DNA of 42,717 nucleotides from a virus. Its lineage: Duplodnaviria; Caudoviricetes. The position numbers and the translations under genes are program-made. The stretch is from positions 1 to 42,717 of the IMG/VR virus record IMGVR_UViG_3300049844_000160. One strand, written 5' to 3'. The notes beneath the pieces were generated by a model. The model was not told the DNA's origin, did not search any database, and saw only the letters and a list, made by a program, of their open reading frames with translations. Positions 8,827 through 18,568 of the stretch are shown here, piece after piece. The first letter of the stretch is position 1. Every line of letters begins with the position of its first letter.

Positions 8827-10929
8827 TTACAGCTGAGAGCCTGAGGGCGGTGGAGCAGAACTTATCTCGGCTTGCGAACCTGTGGCCTCGGGTACGTCAT
8901 TGCGCTCTTCAGCCATCGCAACGGCACCATCAGGCATTACACCTGCAAGCTTTTTAAACGAACCCTGGTCTTCTAACTTCTGTGCAAGCCATGAGACTGC
9001 ATCGTATGGCATCCGTGCCCTACGAGTTCTCTCTGGATTGTTCGGGTCCTGCACATAGAAATCAACACCAACAAGGGCCCCCCCGTCTGGAATAAATCCA
9101 GACTGTGAACGCTGCAATGCTTGTGCTGCTTCCTCGACCATGGCCAAGTGTTCTTTTACATAAGCCTTATAATTTTCCTGAATTTGCTCATCCAACGCGT
9201 TGAAATCCGATTGCCTCATTCGATTCATCGCACGTTTCACAAGATACTCGTGCGGATCGGCTCTCGACATCATAGGCATCTGCCCACGGTCAAGTGCCAA
9301 CAAATCATTGGTCGCACACTCGTCATCCAAAGTTAAATCTGAAAACGCATCTTCAACGTTCGCATACGGCATGTTGCGAATAAGCTTACCAATCATTTCT
9401 TTATCCAATTGGTTTCCAACATATTGTAAAATATTTGTTATCACCATTTGGCGGCCAATCTTAGTCTCTACATCATCGGCCTGAGCCTCAATCACTATCT
9501 CAACACTCTGGTCATGTGTATTCTTAAACTCAGCTATGTTGACAGCTTCATTTCGACCTACAGCCAAAATGAATGTGTCCTCATCATAGTAAAGTTTGGC
9601 CATCTTCAAATACACAGAACAAACTTCTTTTAAGAAGTTCTCAAATCGAGCAATGTATCTTTGAAAGCGCTTTTTCTTTGAAGCAGCCCTGTAAAGAAGG
9701 GTCTGTGGCTCCATGTTACCATCCAGGTCTTCGTCATCAACCTCTGCTAACTCATACATTTCTTTTATGTTAGCCAACATGTAATTTAAATACTGTTCAC
9801 CACTGCGGCCAGGAATAACTACAGGTGCCCCCCCCGTCGTACTCATTGTACGAATACCGGGAAGTGATGCTCCAGCTGAGAGCTTCGCGCCATTCTGGAA
9901 AACCAACTTGTCATCACCAAGAGTAATTTGGGTTGTAGCCATAGCAGAAGCACATCTGTTAATTTCAGCCTGATTGGGCCTTATTGGATCAATAGACGAA
10001 AAACCCCGGCACTTGGTTTGAATGTTATCAAAACGCTCGCAAATAAGAGGGAATATCCCACCTGGTAATTCACCCTCTTTTAAAATCTTACCAGGAACCT
10101 GAATGTAGAAATAACCAAGTGGGTACTCAGGACATGGCTTAATAAACCACTCGCGCACCATACACTCTTTTGATTCACTTCTTCTGTACCCGTGAGACGC
10201 ATCAAACACCAAGAAAGGCGTCTCCCCACCTTGATCAAAGTGCTTGGCACTGTCTGGAAACATTCTTTTAAGACGCTCACGCTGTACGGATTTACGAACA
10301 CAAAACCAGGGGGAATCCTTAATGCTTTGAGCATCAGGACTTCTTAGAACGTTAAATGCAAAAACTTCTTCAAATCTTAGTTGCTTTGCATACCTTGGCT
10401 TCTGTGGGTCTGCCACTGGCTCGCCCATCTCATCCACTACAGGCATGCCAAAAGCATCAACAGCCTGTTCAAATCCTATAGGAGCACCAGAGTACTCGTC
10501 CAAAACAATCTTAGTCCAAACCTCACCAATACCAGTGAAATCATCTGACCATTGCATCACAACACTTGACCAACTGTTTTTTTCTTTGGCGTCCTGCCAA
10601 ATGGACTCATTTATCTCAGCTGATTTTCTGTCCTGTAATTCACTCTCATGCTTTGGCCCGATAGTGACCCCAGGAGCTGAGGAACAAATAATATTACTGT
10701 AGCGACGAGCAATCTTCCCCAAGTGGTTCTTAGTAATTCTAAGCTTAACCTGTTCGTCGATATCTCTTGATTGTCTGAGACGCTCAAATCCTGAGCCTCT
10801 CTTCATGTAATGCTCGCCGCCGATTAACAGTAGCGCCGATCTCATCTTGGCGAAGTCTTGTCTGTCTGCAGACTCAGCCTCAGTGTACATTCTATCTAAA
10901 TCAGCTACACCTTTTATGAGTTCACTCAC
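8827..10929 (-). CDS. Portal protein
   Basis: 700 aa after TerL; contains the IDPIRPNQAEINR helix characteristic of podovirus-type portals. Confidence 0.8.
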   Translation of the reverse strand: MSELIKGVADLDRMYTEAESADRQDFAKMRSALLLIGGEHYMKRGSGFERLRQSRDIDEQVKLRITKNHLGKIARRYSNIICSSAPGVTIGPKHESELQDRKSAEINESIWQDAKEKNSWSSVVMQWSDDFTGIGEVWTKIVLDEYSGAPIGFEQAVDAFGMPVVDEMGEPVADPQKPRYAKQLRFEEVFAFNVLRSPDAQSIKDSPWFCVRKSVQRERLKRMFPDSAKHFDQGGETPFLVFDASHGYRRSESKECMVREWFIKPCPEYPLGYFYIQVPGKILKEGELPGGIFPLICERFDNIQTKCRGFSSIDPIRPNQAEINRCASAMATTQITLGDDKLVFQNGAKLSAGASLPGIRTMSTTGGAPVVIPGRSGEQYLNYMLANIKEMYELAEVDDEDLDGNMEPQTLLYRAASKKKRFQRYIARFENFLKEVCSVYLKMAKLYYDEDTFILAVGRNEAVNIAEFKNTHDQSVEIVIEAQADDVETKIGRQMVITNILQYVGNQLDKEMIGKLIRNMPYANVEDAFSDLTLDDECATNDLLALDRGQMPMMSRADPHEYLVKRAMNRMRQSDFNALDEQIQENYKAYVKEHLAMVEEAAQALQRSQSGFIPDGGALVGVDFYVQDPNNPERTRRARMPYDAVSWLAQKLEDQGSFKKLAGVMPDGAVAMAEERNDVPEATGSQAEISSAPPPSGSQL

Positions 10930-10932
10930 AGA

Positions 10933-11202
10933 TTACCCCTCTAATTGCATTTTTTCATACGCCAACGGATCTTCTAACAAAAGCTGGGAATCGTCTGGCT
11001 CCTCCGAACGGAACTCAACACGATTTATGCCGTCCCCATGGACCTCACTACCTTTCGGCAATTTCGGCCACTCCTTTAGAGCCATTGTATCATTACTAAA
11101 ATCTACTTCAACGGCACCGCACTTTAGTTTATTGACCCTAGCCTTAGCACAAGCTGCAATCAGTTTTGCCAAACCCTCAAAATCAATTTTCTCGTCACTC
11201 AT
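10933..11202 (-). CDS. Hypothetical protein
   Basis: Small ORF between TerL and portal; probable start MSDEK at 11202. Confidence 0.65.
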   Translation of the reverse strand: MSDEKIDFEGLAKLIAACAKARVNKLKCGAVEVDFSNDTMALKEWPKLPKGSEVHGDGINRVEFRSEEPDDSQLLLEDPLAYEKMQLEG

Positions 11203-12754
11203 CCATAACCTCATTCCAAAATGCAATCTCATCCATGACATCGTTTTCTAGTCTCTGTAGAATAACCTCACCAGTTCTAGGGTCAACCTTCTGCCCACGC
11301 TTACTTTCCTTAACTCCCCACTGCGAATGTGATCCACCAGGAATACTCGTCCAATCCACAGGAACCGAGATGCAAGCATAGCGAAGCGCATCCGCCAAAT
11401 CGTCTGCCATATAACCATCTTGCTTTGTCATCTCTGCATCCAAAGATTCCAACTCAGAAACTAATTTAAATGTTTCAAGATGCGCTGGGTCAACCGTCAT
11501 ACCCTCTACTGGTTCATAAAAAAGCATCGTCTCTGTTTTGAGTAGCGTATTAATAACAGTCACGCCCGCATTTCGTGCTTTGTTGGCCTTCTGAAATGGC
11601 AAGCCCATACGTGTGGCAATAGTTCCAAGGTCAGCCGCCGACCAATCGTAATAAGCCGAGACAATCTTTTCCTCGATTCCACTAGCCATCAAAATATACT
11701 GATTCACAACGTCTTGTGCTGTTGTCGATCTGTCATCACCACGCCAACATCTTGCAAGCCGAATCTTGGTCTTCTCTGGATTAACAGCTAAGAACACAAT
11801 CGATGACGGATGTGCTTTCAACCCGCCTGAACCATAATCAATCCCAGCATAATATTCCCAATCAGAGGGCACCGGATGAAACGGCACCACGTGCTTTGAT
11901 CTATTAAACGTCGGATACCGAAGACCCTCGTCACGCACAAATCTTCCATACACACGCCGAGCCACCTCAGCCTGCGACGTACAGTTATCAATAACCTGTT
12001 TTATTCTAGCCTCTGTCCAACGAGACGGACTACCGTCCTCGAACTTCATGCAATCAAACAAACTCACCTGTTTCACCAGAGCTTCTGTCATCTTAGTGCG
12101 GTCCTCAACTACTTGCTTCCAATATTCCTGCCCCATAGTGGCAGTAAAGCCAAACATCATGTAACCATCTGTTGCAGTTACACGCGCCTGAAGCTCGGGC
12201 AACAAATTCACTGGCAACTCCTCATCGGCTGTAACCATCCAATAAGTTCCGGCCTGCAAAAGCTCCTCACCCTGTCGGTATGTCTTAAAATAAATAGTCA
12301 CACCCCTATGGTAAAAATTAATTCCCCAAATATATTTCGAAATAGTAATTGGCTTCCAACCAAGTTCCGGATCGTCCTGTGGCGGAAGTAGTGGAAACCA
12401 CTTGTCGTAATACTCAGTCGTTGCAATATCCCTTGAAGGATATAAATAAACAAATTGTGTTGGCCGCTGCCCTTCCTTGTAAGCCGATGGCCACAATTCT
12501 GGCCACAACGATTCATTCGTCGCCCACTCAATGTTTTTCTTTATCATGGTACTTGATTTTCCGACCTGGTTAGCAGCTGTAAGAACAATCACCTTATTCC
12601 TAGACTCCAACAACTCTCGCTGCCACTGGTAGAACTTATGTATATGAAGATGCGGACGCCTTGCTTTTTCTGTTGCAGCCTTCTCTAGTGCTTGAAGCTT
12701 TTCAAGCTTCAACATAATGAGCTGCCTGTTTTTCTCGCTTAAATCGCGATCCAT
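11195..12754 (-). CDS. terL: Terminase large subunit
   Basis: Walker A AANQVGKS, Walker B VTADEE, coupling motif FTAT, nuclease motifs GIDYG and DDLADALRY. Confidence 0.93.
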   Translation of the reverse strand: MDRDLSEKNRQLIMLKLEKLQALEKAATEKARRPHLHIHKFYQWQRELLESRNKVIVLTAANQVGKSSTMIKKNIEWATNESLWPELWPSAYKEGQRPTQFVYLYPSRDIATTEYYDKWFPLLPPQDDPELGWKPITISKYIWGINFYHRGVTIYFKTYRQGEELLQAGTYWMVTADEELPVNLLPELQARVTATDGYMMFGFTATMGQEYWKQVVEDRTKMTEALVKQVSLFDCMKFEDGSPSRWTEARIKQVIDNCTSQAEVARRVYGRFVRDEGLRYPTFNRSKHVVPFHPVPSDWEYYAGIDYGSGGLKAHPSSIVFLAVNPEKTKIRLARCWRGDDRSTTAQDVVNQYILMASGIEEKIVSAYYDWSAADLGTIATRMGLPFQKANKARNAGVTVINTLLKTETMLFYEPVEGMTVDPAHLETFKLVSELESLDAEMTKQDGYMADDLADALRYACISVPVDWTSIPGGSHSQWGVKESKRGQKVDPRTGEVILQRLENDVMDEIAFWNEVMDE

Positions 12755-13455
12755 TAGTTACTATCGTCCTGGTCTTGCTCAATCACAGTCATGTTAGGAC
12801 CAAGCTCTGACTCTAACTTCTTAATCTTCGCATCCAAATCCTCTATCCTCGTATGAGATCCGAGCTGCTTCATGTCTCTCTTCGTAATGTTCACATTCAA
12901 CTGCCTCGTGGTTGAATCAATCTTCTGTGTCGGCATGCCGTGCTTTCTGATATCCAAAAACGCCACTGCCTTTAATATGAGTGTTGCAATTCTTTCATCA
13001 ACCTCACCACTGTTGTTATATAGCGGCAAATCTATAATCTCATTTATGCGACCAAGACCGCGGGCAAGCGCTTCCTCCAGCATGTTGTCGTAACTCGCAG
13101 GCGGACAAAGTATCCACGCAAGCTTCTCTGGGTCTTGAAGCGCATCACGCACATGTATACTAGGCAGGCCATCGAGAAACGATTGCATCCCAACAACCGA
13201 CATCGCAGTCAAAGACGAGCGTGCCATATCGTATTCTTTCCAAAACGCTATGCGAATCTGATTAAGTCGCACGTCAGGATTCACCTCAGCTCGCAATTCC
13301 TTCTCTGACATGTACAAATACGCCACAGGGAGCTTCTCTAGGCACCAAATCGCCTCTCTAGGCATGATATTTATGAGAGATCTGGGGTCTTCTCGGTCAA
13401 ATGGCCCCCCCCTGTAATAGGGGTCTTTATCACCCTTTATAAGCGCATCAGACAC
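12754..13455 (-). CDS. Putative terminase small subunit
   Basis: Stop/start overlap with terL, helical with C-terminal coiled coil; assigned by position only. Confidence 0.5.
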   Translation of the reverse strand: MSDALIKGDKDPYYRGGPFDREDPRSLINIMPREAIWCLEKLPVAYLYMSEKELRAEVNPDVRLNQIRIAFWKEYDMARSSLTAMSVVGMQSFLDGLPSIHVRDALQDPEKLAWILCPPASYDNMLEEALARGLGRINEIIDLPLYNNSGEVDERIATLILKAVAFLDIRKHGMPTQKIDSTTRQLNVNITKRDMKQLGSHTRIEDLDAKIKKLESELGPNMTVIEQDQDDSN

Positions 13456-13994
13456 TTAAACACCTCACTTGCATGCTTTCCAGGCACTCTTTTCCCACTC
13501 GTATCAAGTCTTATGTCCCAATTACGATACTGACATAGCTCTGTCTCACTTGGATGCTCAGTATTGTCTCGCCATTTCTCGGCCCGAGCCTTTCGAATCG
13601 ACTCAGGACACTCCAATCTCACAAGCACACAATCATTTCTATCCCACACCTCAATCTCATTCAAATATCTGAGGTCATCCACCACAACAATTGAACGCAG
13701 CACATACATCGCACGAATAATCTCTGCCTCTACAATATTTAAAAACGTATCTTCACCATACGTCGATCGAATGTGGCCACCAAGCAACTGCATCAGCGTT
13801 CCATCGAGTGGCTTCGGATCTATTCCACATTTTTTCAATACTTCCTTCACTGAATCATGAAGTAAATAAATTGGCGCTGCAAACTTCGTCAGCACAGGAT
13901 GATAAAGCTTCGCCAACAAAAGCAACTTCAAATCATTTGCAAGAGTCGTCTTGCCACTTCCTTGACATCCACTTATTAAAATTACTCGGCGCAT
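13437..13994 (-). CDS. Deoxynucleoside monophosphate kinase-like P-loop protein
   Basis: ISGxxGSGKTT, FAxPI, LMQxLG, VVDDLRYxNE and HPSET motifs. Confidence 0.85.
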   Translation of the reverse strand: MRRVILISGCQGSGKTTLANDLKLLLLAKLYHPVLTKFAAPIYLLHDSVKEVLKKCGIDPKPLDGTLMQLLGGHIRSTYGEDTFLNIVEAEIIRAMYVLRSIVVVDDLRYLNEIEVWDRNDCVLVRLECPESIRKARAEKWRDNTEHPSETELCQYRNWDIRLDTSGKRVPGKHASEVFKCLMRL

Positions 13995-14036
13995 GGAATC
14001 CCTCCCCGTGCGATAGACATGTTACAATCTAGTACT

Positions 14037-14393
14037 ATGGCAGAGATTCGTAAACACTACCCCCCCCCAGAGGTGAAAACGGAAGAACCCAAACCCGTTA
14101 TTCCAGAATATGTGTTTCGATTCCCCACACCAGAAGAGGCAAGAAATAATACCATCAAACTGGTGCAAGAAATCAACAAACTTATTAACCAAGCACTGGA
14201 ATCATACACCTATATCTCATACTACTACCTGTACACTGAAGTTTTCACGGCCATGAAAGACAAAGCAATGACCGTGTGCGGAGGCAATGCCGCTCGCGCA
14301 GCTCGTATGCTTGGAATTAAAGGAACTACTTTTCGGGAAGCACTTCGGGCGAAGGTTCGTCCGAAGCCTTCACAACCTGAGGCGGAACCTTAG
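14037..14393 (+). CDS. Stand-alone Fis/HTH_8-type DNA-binding protein
   Basis: C-terminal AMxxCGGNxxRAARMLGIxxTTF matches the Fis/bEBP HTH; no AAA+ domain. Start ATG 14037 is inferred. Confidence 0.8.
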   Translation: MAEIRKHYPPPEVKTEEPKPVIPEYVFRFPTPEEARNNTIKLVQEINKLINQALESYTYISYYYLYTEVFTAMKDKAMTVCGGNAARAARMLGIKGTTFREALRAKVRPKPSQPEAEP

Positions 14394-14604
14394 AATCCAA
14401 GGTCCTTGTCATAACCTCACACGTCACCTTCGCTAAATCACGAATCTTCTCTGGGTCCTTCTCGTCTGCCAAACCCTTCAACGCATCAAAAGCTATCTGA
14501 AGAACAGATACAAGAACTGCATTCTTCTCTACCTGCTCTTTAAATAAATATGGATACACACCGGCCTCAGGAGACTGCATCTGCTTCTTCCAATCCATTA
14601 TCAA
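14326..14604 (-). CDS. Hypothetical protein
   Basis: ORF in the leftward gene array; its 3' end overlaps the convergent Fis-like gene. Confidence 0.6.
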   Translation of the reverse strand: MIMDWKKQMQSPEAGVYPYLFKEQVEKNAVLVSVLQIAFDALKGLADEKDPEKIRDLAKVTCEVMTRTLDSKVPPQVVKASDEPSPEVLPEK

Positions 14605-14738
14605 CCCTTCTTCTTCGCAGCTTGCTTCTTAATACTATAAGCAATCGCAAGAGTCTGTTTCATTGGACGCCCTTCTGACACAAGCTTCTTAATGTTAGCC
14701 TCAAACGTCTTCTTACTTGTTCCTTTTTTTAACGGCAT
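14601..14738 (-). CDS. Small basic phage protein (45 aa, MPLKKG...AIAYS type)
   Basis: Manual ORF MPLKKGTSKKTFEANIKKLVSEGRPMKQTLAIAYSIKKQAAKKKG; resembles a widespread phage hypothetical family. Confidence 0.75.
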   Translation of the reverse strand: MPLKKGTSKKTFEANIKKLVSEGRPMKQTLAIAYSIKKQAAKKKG

Positions 14739-15138
14739 CTTTCTTTCCCTTTTTCTTTGATTTCTTTGACTTCTTCAATTCCTCAGCCACAGCCAACTTG
14801 CGCTGCTTTTCCATTTCCAAGGAACACATCTCGAAATCTGTTATAGGCTCTTTCCCGCCAAGCATACACTGTATACAAGTGGACCGAGCCTTCCCATTCG
14901 GGGGTAAATCATAGCGACAGAATATGTACTTACCTGGTGGCCACGCTAGGCTGATTCTAGTTAATAATGCAGCCTCAGTCTCGTGCTCTATCTTCCACAG
15001 AGCCGCCTTTGATTCCTCAGCTAACTTCTTTTCTCTCTGCGAGGCGAAATAACTGCGCACACTAATGCCAACAAAAAACATCAATATCGCAAACAAACCC
15101 ATCGCCCAATATCTAGTAAATGGATTCGCCTTACTCAT
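14713..15138 (-). CDS. Hypothetical membrane-anchored Cys-containing protein
   Basis: N-terminal TM segment, four Cys, basic tail. Confidence 0.6.
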   Translation of the reverse strand: MSKANPFTRYWAMGLFAILMFFVGISVRSYFASQREKKLAEESKAALWKIEHETEAALLTRISLAWPPGKYIFCRYDLPPNGKARSTCIQCMLGGKEPITDFEMCSLEMEKQRKLAVAEELKKSKKSKKKGKKDAVKKRNK

Positions 15139-15209
15139 GTGAGCTAAAGTTTAACACAAACCTTGTCGAAGGCTACATGTTCCTTCCTAAAGACTGCGGG
15201 GGGCCCCCA

Positions 15210-15476
15210 TTAATAGTCAGATGCAGGGGTCTCCCGCAGTTCGTTTGAAACCTCAACATCCCTAGTTCTCCTTCGAGATGCCAAATGAGCCCTACTGTAA
15301 GCCGAAACATCCACCATCTGTGGACGCTTCCTGCGCTCCAACAAATATGTGCACGCCTCACCACGCGGTGACGGATCTATCCACGATTGACACCTCGGAT
15401 CTGGCATAGACACGTAACGTATGCACTTGTGCCTCACACTACAGTCCCTACCATCACACTTCGAATAATCACTCAC
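15210..15476 (-). CDS. Small Cys-rich phage protein
   Basis: DxxxCxGxxCxxxxxCxRY...QSW...C pattern, common in phage hypotheticals; GTG start inferred. Confidence 0.65.
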   Translation of the reverse strand: MSDYSKCDGRDCSVRHKCIRYVSMPDPRCQSWIDPSPRGEACTYLLERRKRPQMVDVSAYSRAHLASRRRTRDVEVSNELRETPASDY

Positions 15477-15552
15477 TTGAATTCTTTCCACATAAAGTAA
15501 AATATAGCCATCACTCCGGCCACACACAATACTTGCAATGGGTCCATAACAA

Positions 15553-15603
15553 CTACTTACCCTTAGGTTTCTTAACTGCTTTTACTTTTTTCTTTGATGC
15601 CAT
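15553..15603 (-). CDS. 16-aa lysine-rich peptide MASKKKVKAVKKPKGK
   Basis: GGAGG SD upstream; fits the tightly packed array. Confidence 0.45.
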   Translation of the reverse strand: MASKKKVKAVKKPKGK

Positions 15604-15744
15604 CTTAAATGCCCTCCCCACAAAACAATATAAACACTTAATTACAAAAACTCAAATGCAAGGCCACGCGCATGAAGGCACTAGCTAAAATCATTCCGAC
15701 TCCGAACGTAAATCCCATTACTACTGATTTTCCAAATTCCATAT

Positions 15745-16026
15745 TCATTTCTCCCCCTCATTCTTTTTCCTTGCTTCTAAATATTGTTTAAGATGTTGCC
15801 CACGGATAGCAATGTATTCACCTTCACCATTAATATACACTGATGCGGCGTTGAATAAGCCCCTCGCAGCGAGCAGCTCTTCGGCCATGGCTTTGACTGT
15901 GGTGGGGTTGGCCGCGGTATAGAATCTATCGGATGCAACCCCAAGTAGAGACTTATCAAACGCTATCTCTGGAGACTTCGACGCCAGTTCAATGAGCTTT
16001 GAGAGTTCGTCGTCTGAGAGGGTCAT
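15745..16026 (-). CDS. Ead/Ea22-like protein
   Basis: FxxAANPxTVxxxxxEL motif; GGAGG SD before ATG 16026. Confidence 0.6.
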   Translation of the reverse strand: MTLSDDELSKLIELASKSPEIAFDKSLLGVASDRFYTAANPTTVKAMAEELLAARGLFNAASVYINGEGEYIAIRGQHLKQYLEARKKNEGEK

Positions 16027-16196
16027 TTCGACCTCCAAAATACTTTGCCACATGTTTTACAATGCATGTACTTATTATCGCCTTCTTCAAATTGACCCGA
16101 TGGTAACTGCTTTAGCCTTGCAATGGTAACTACTACGTGGCTGTCGTTAAACACGACATGAAAAAAGCCAACGACTAAGGCCCATAGATACCTCAC
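16023..16196 (-). CDS. Hypothetical protein (57 aa, CxxC)
   Basis: Manual ORF overlapping both neighbours by 4 nt (GTGA/ATGA coupling). Confidence 0.55.
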   Translation of the reverse strand: MRYLWALVVGFFHVVFNDSHVVVTIARLKQLPSGQFEEGDNKYMHCKTCGKVFWRSK

Positions 16197-16618
16197 TCAA
16201 TCCCCAGCTTTTCTTTGAGCCACTGATAACATGCTTGCACACCCTTGGAATATTCAGGCCTAAGAGCATTTGCACAGTAGTTGTTTAAATCCTGCTCAGA
16301 AGGCCACTTAGCCGCGATGTCCTCTGTGGCTCTAAGCTCCATGGCTTTGCGGAAGCCCTCTCGGAATGCATGCTTCCACTCGCTTAAATAAGAAGACGTT
16401 ATGTCTCTGCTTTGAGTTGCTGCCCACTGCTCAGCCAATATTTCATAGGCCTCCTCGCTCACGAGTTGGGTCTTGGATTCTTCGCGGAGGGCTTCTGATA
16501 TTTCATTCACAAGCTTGCCCTGAAGAAGAGTCCAATCGGCTATGACTGGCCAGTGGCAAGCCTCTATAATTCTATGTGCCTTCTCTTCAAATCTGTCGGG
16601 CTTCTTATCGTCACTCAT
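16193..16618 (-). CDS. Hypothetical protein
   Basis: ATGA-coupled ORF in the accessory array. Confidence 0.65.
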   Translation of the reverse strand: MSDDKKPDRFEEKAHRIIEACHWPVIADWTLLQGKLVNEISEALREESKTQLVSEEAYEILAEQWAATQSRDITSSYLSEWKHAFREGFRKAMELRATEDIAAKWPSEQDLNNYCANALRPEYSKGVQACYQWLKEKLGIE

Positions 16619-16827
16619 TTCATTTTCCATGCTGAATACATCTTCGTGGGCATTAGAAGCTTTATGTCAACTTGATCGCCCTCTTTAGAATAGAATCTTA
16701 AATTAAAAATTGGCGTCTCTTCATACTTTGTAGCTTCCAACAAGTCGGGTCTTCGCATATACAGATAATCTTTTATCGATTGAATTATATCTTCTTCATG
16801 ACAGGTCATTTTACTATCGTCACTCAT
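16615..16827 (-). CDS. Hypothetical protein
   Basis: Coupled ORF in the accessory array. Confidence 0.65.
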   Translation of the reverse strand: MSDDSKMTCHEEDIIQSIKDYLYMRRPDLLEATKYEETPIFNLRFYSKEGDQVDIKLLMPTKMYSAWKMK

Positions 16828-17119
16828 CTACTTCACCGTCGAGCCATGGGGCTCTTCTTTCGCAGCGGCCTTCGTGGTCTTCAAAACCAACTGCGTATTT
16901 TGGACCCATCACCCCATCGCCAACAGACACCAAATACGCAAACATCTTTGTCTTAGGCTTTTTATAATGCGGATTGATTATCTTAACAGTCTTCACACCA
17001 TCCACGGCCAAATATGAAAGCTCCACAGTTTCTTGACTTGCCCGTGCAGATAAATACTCGTTCAACATCCTCGATAAATCATTTGCTAGCTGGATTGGCT
17101 CGTTTGTATAATCGCTCAT
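16820..17119 (-). CDS. Hypothetical protein
   Basis: Coupled ORF ending in RAPWLD, a frequent phage hypothetical C-terminal motif. Confidence 0.65.
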   Translation of the reverse strand: MSDYTNEPIQLANDLSRMLNEYLSARASQETVELSYLAVDGVKTVKIINPHYKKPKTKMFAYLVSVGDGVMGPKYAVGFEDHEGRCERRAPWLDGEVDE

Positions 17120-17325
17120 CCCTTTAACTCATCATACTTAGCTTGCAATTCATCTTGCTGCTCTGTTGTTAGAAACTTCCTATCCTTCAACCCACCTTCC
17201 ATGTTGTCTATGCAGTGAATGAAAAACGCTGGGTTCTTATCTGCCCACATCAACATCATACTCATATACACATCAACCATCTTGTCTGTATCTCTCATTA
17301 TTCCCATAAAACCTCCCACAATCAT
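17116..17325 (-). CDS. Hypothetical protein
   Basis: Coupled ORF; the start may be a downstream Met after GGAGG. Confidence 0.6.
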   Translation of the reverse strand: MIVGGFMGIMRDTDKMVDVYMSMMLMWADKNPAFFIHCIDNMEGGLKDRKFLTTEQQDELQAKYDELKG

Positions 17326-17567
17326 TTTATTTTTTCCCCGTTAACCTGTCCCAATATGGCCTTAGTTCCTCTTCCATTTTTCTGTCATCTGCACGGCTCT
17401 TCAATATAAAAGCTACAAAAACACAGAGACCGAGAACCACTATTACAATTTGCCAGCACATACCCACTCCTTCAAAAGAACACTGGGATCCGTACAACAA
17501 TCAGTAGAGCTATAAACCTGAACCGTCATTGTAAGGCTTTGGACCCCAGTGCTCATTTCAACTTCCT

Positions 17568-17981
17568 TCACATCTCCCCAACCACAGCATCACCCATCAC
17601 AGCTCGCTTCTTCCGCTCCCACTCATCCTCCTCAGTCTCAGGCCCCGGATCACACTTGTACGGCACTGCCCTACATAACTCCTGCTCCGTCATACACCTA
17701 CAGTACCCATCCGCACATGTCCAACGACAAAGTTCCTTGTTAAACGCGCAACTCGTGAGTGCCGCGGGGGAGACAAGTGCTGACAATGCCAGCAACGAAA
17801 CTCGCGAGGGCCCCCCCCTCCTTTTAATTTCAGGAAACCTCAAACCCGTTATACACACCACTGACGGCGTCTTGTACTTCTCTTGCGCCCGTCTAATCCG
17901 GTATTGCCGTATGCCGTGAATCACAAGCCCCACCAAACACAGCAATACCAACAAGACCATATACGGAATTAATAACAACAT
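17568..17981 (-). CDS. Hypothetical membrane protein/lipoprotein, Cys-rich C-terminus
   Basis: AAGGAG SD, N-terminal TM segment, second hydrophobic stretch ending LTSC, then 6 more Cys. Confidence 0.6.
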   Translation of the reverse strand: MLLLIPYMVLLVLLCLVGLVIHGIRQYRIRRAQEKYKTPSVVCITGLRFPEIKRRGGPSRVSLLALSALVSPAALTSCAFNKELCRWTCADGYCRCMTEQELCRAVPYKCDPGPETEEDEWERKKRAVMGDAVVGEM

Positions 17982-18071
17982 ACTCTGGTGCTCCTTCTAT
18001 CTACCAACAGTATAAACCATGTGTCGGCCGGAAGCGTAACCACAGGCCCTCTTGCAACTATCGCCGTCACA

Positions 18072-18398
18072 TCAATCGCTACTGTCGTAATCCGAGGCTA
18101 TCTTCTGTAACGTGTTGTCATCTCGCACCCGATACACCCCCGAACCCCACACACACCGCGGCTCCTCGTCAAATACCTCAAAACACTCAGGGCCATTCGG
18201 CTCTACCATCCAGCGGTGTTTAATTGGATTAGACGGGGTCCCCTGGTACAGCCGTATAAATTCACCTGGACGGAAACCTACAAGGTGTAACGACTGGTTG
18301 CGCTTCAGAATCTTGCGGGGTTTTTTCATAAATGGCCAAGCAATGTCAGCTCTTCCCCTGGAAACGCACGGTTGTGTTGGTAAGAAACTGAAGCCCAA
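18072..18398 (-). CDS. Hypothetical protein (true start probably MKKPRK at 18329)
   Basis: ORF whose ATG at 18329 overlaps the upstream stop (ATGA). Confidence 0.55.
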   Translation of the reverse strand: MGFSFLPTQPCVSRGRADIAWPFMKKPRKILKRNQSLHLVGFRPGEFIRLYQGTPSNPIKHRWMVEPNGPECFEVFDEEPRCVWGSGVYRVRDDNTLQKIASDYDSSD

Positions 18399-18559
18399 GG
18401 TTCATTATACAGCGCACTTGGATCCCAATATGTTTCACATATCCATGTTTGTGGGGCCTTAATCCAAATTTCCAAATCACATTGGTGGTTCATGAACACG
18501 TATTCAATAATACGGCCATCTGACCCTCGTGCTGGTAAATCGTCGTATTTTTTCTTCAC
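18326..18559 (-). CDS. Hypothetical protein, first gene of the leftward unit
   Basis: ORF immediately below the predicted leftward promoter. Confidence 0.55.
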   Translation of the reverse strand: MKKKYDDLPARGSDGRIIEYVFMNHQCDLEIWIKAPQTWICETYWDPSALYNEPWASVSYQHNRAFPGEELTLLGHL

Positions 18560-18568
18560 CTTGAACTT

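Noticed and set aside
1874-12573. Numerous plus-strand ORFs of 60-135 aa over the structural genes
   Set aside because: Antisense shadows of long minus-strand CDSs with no motifs or SDs. The same applies to shadow ORFs at 22325-23952, 26080-26580 and 30917-42552.
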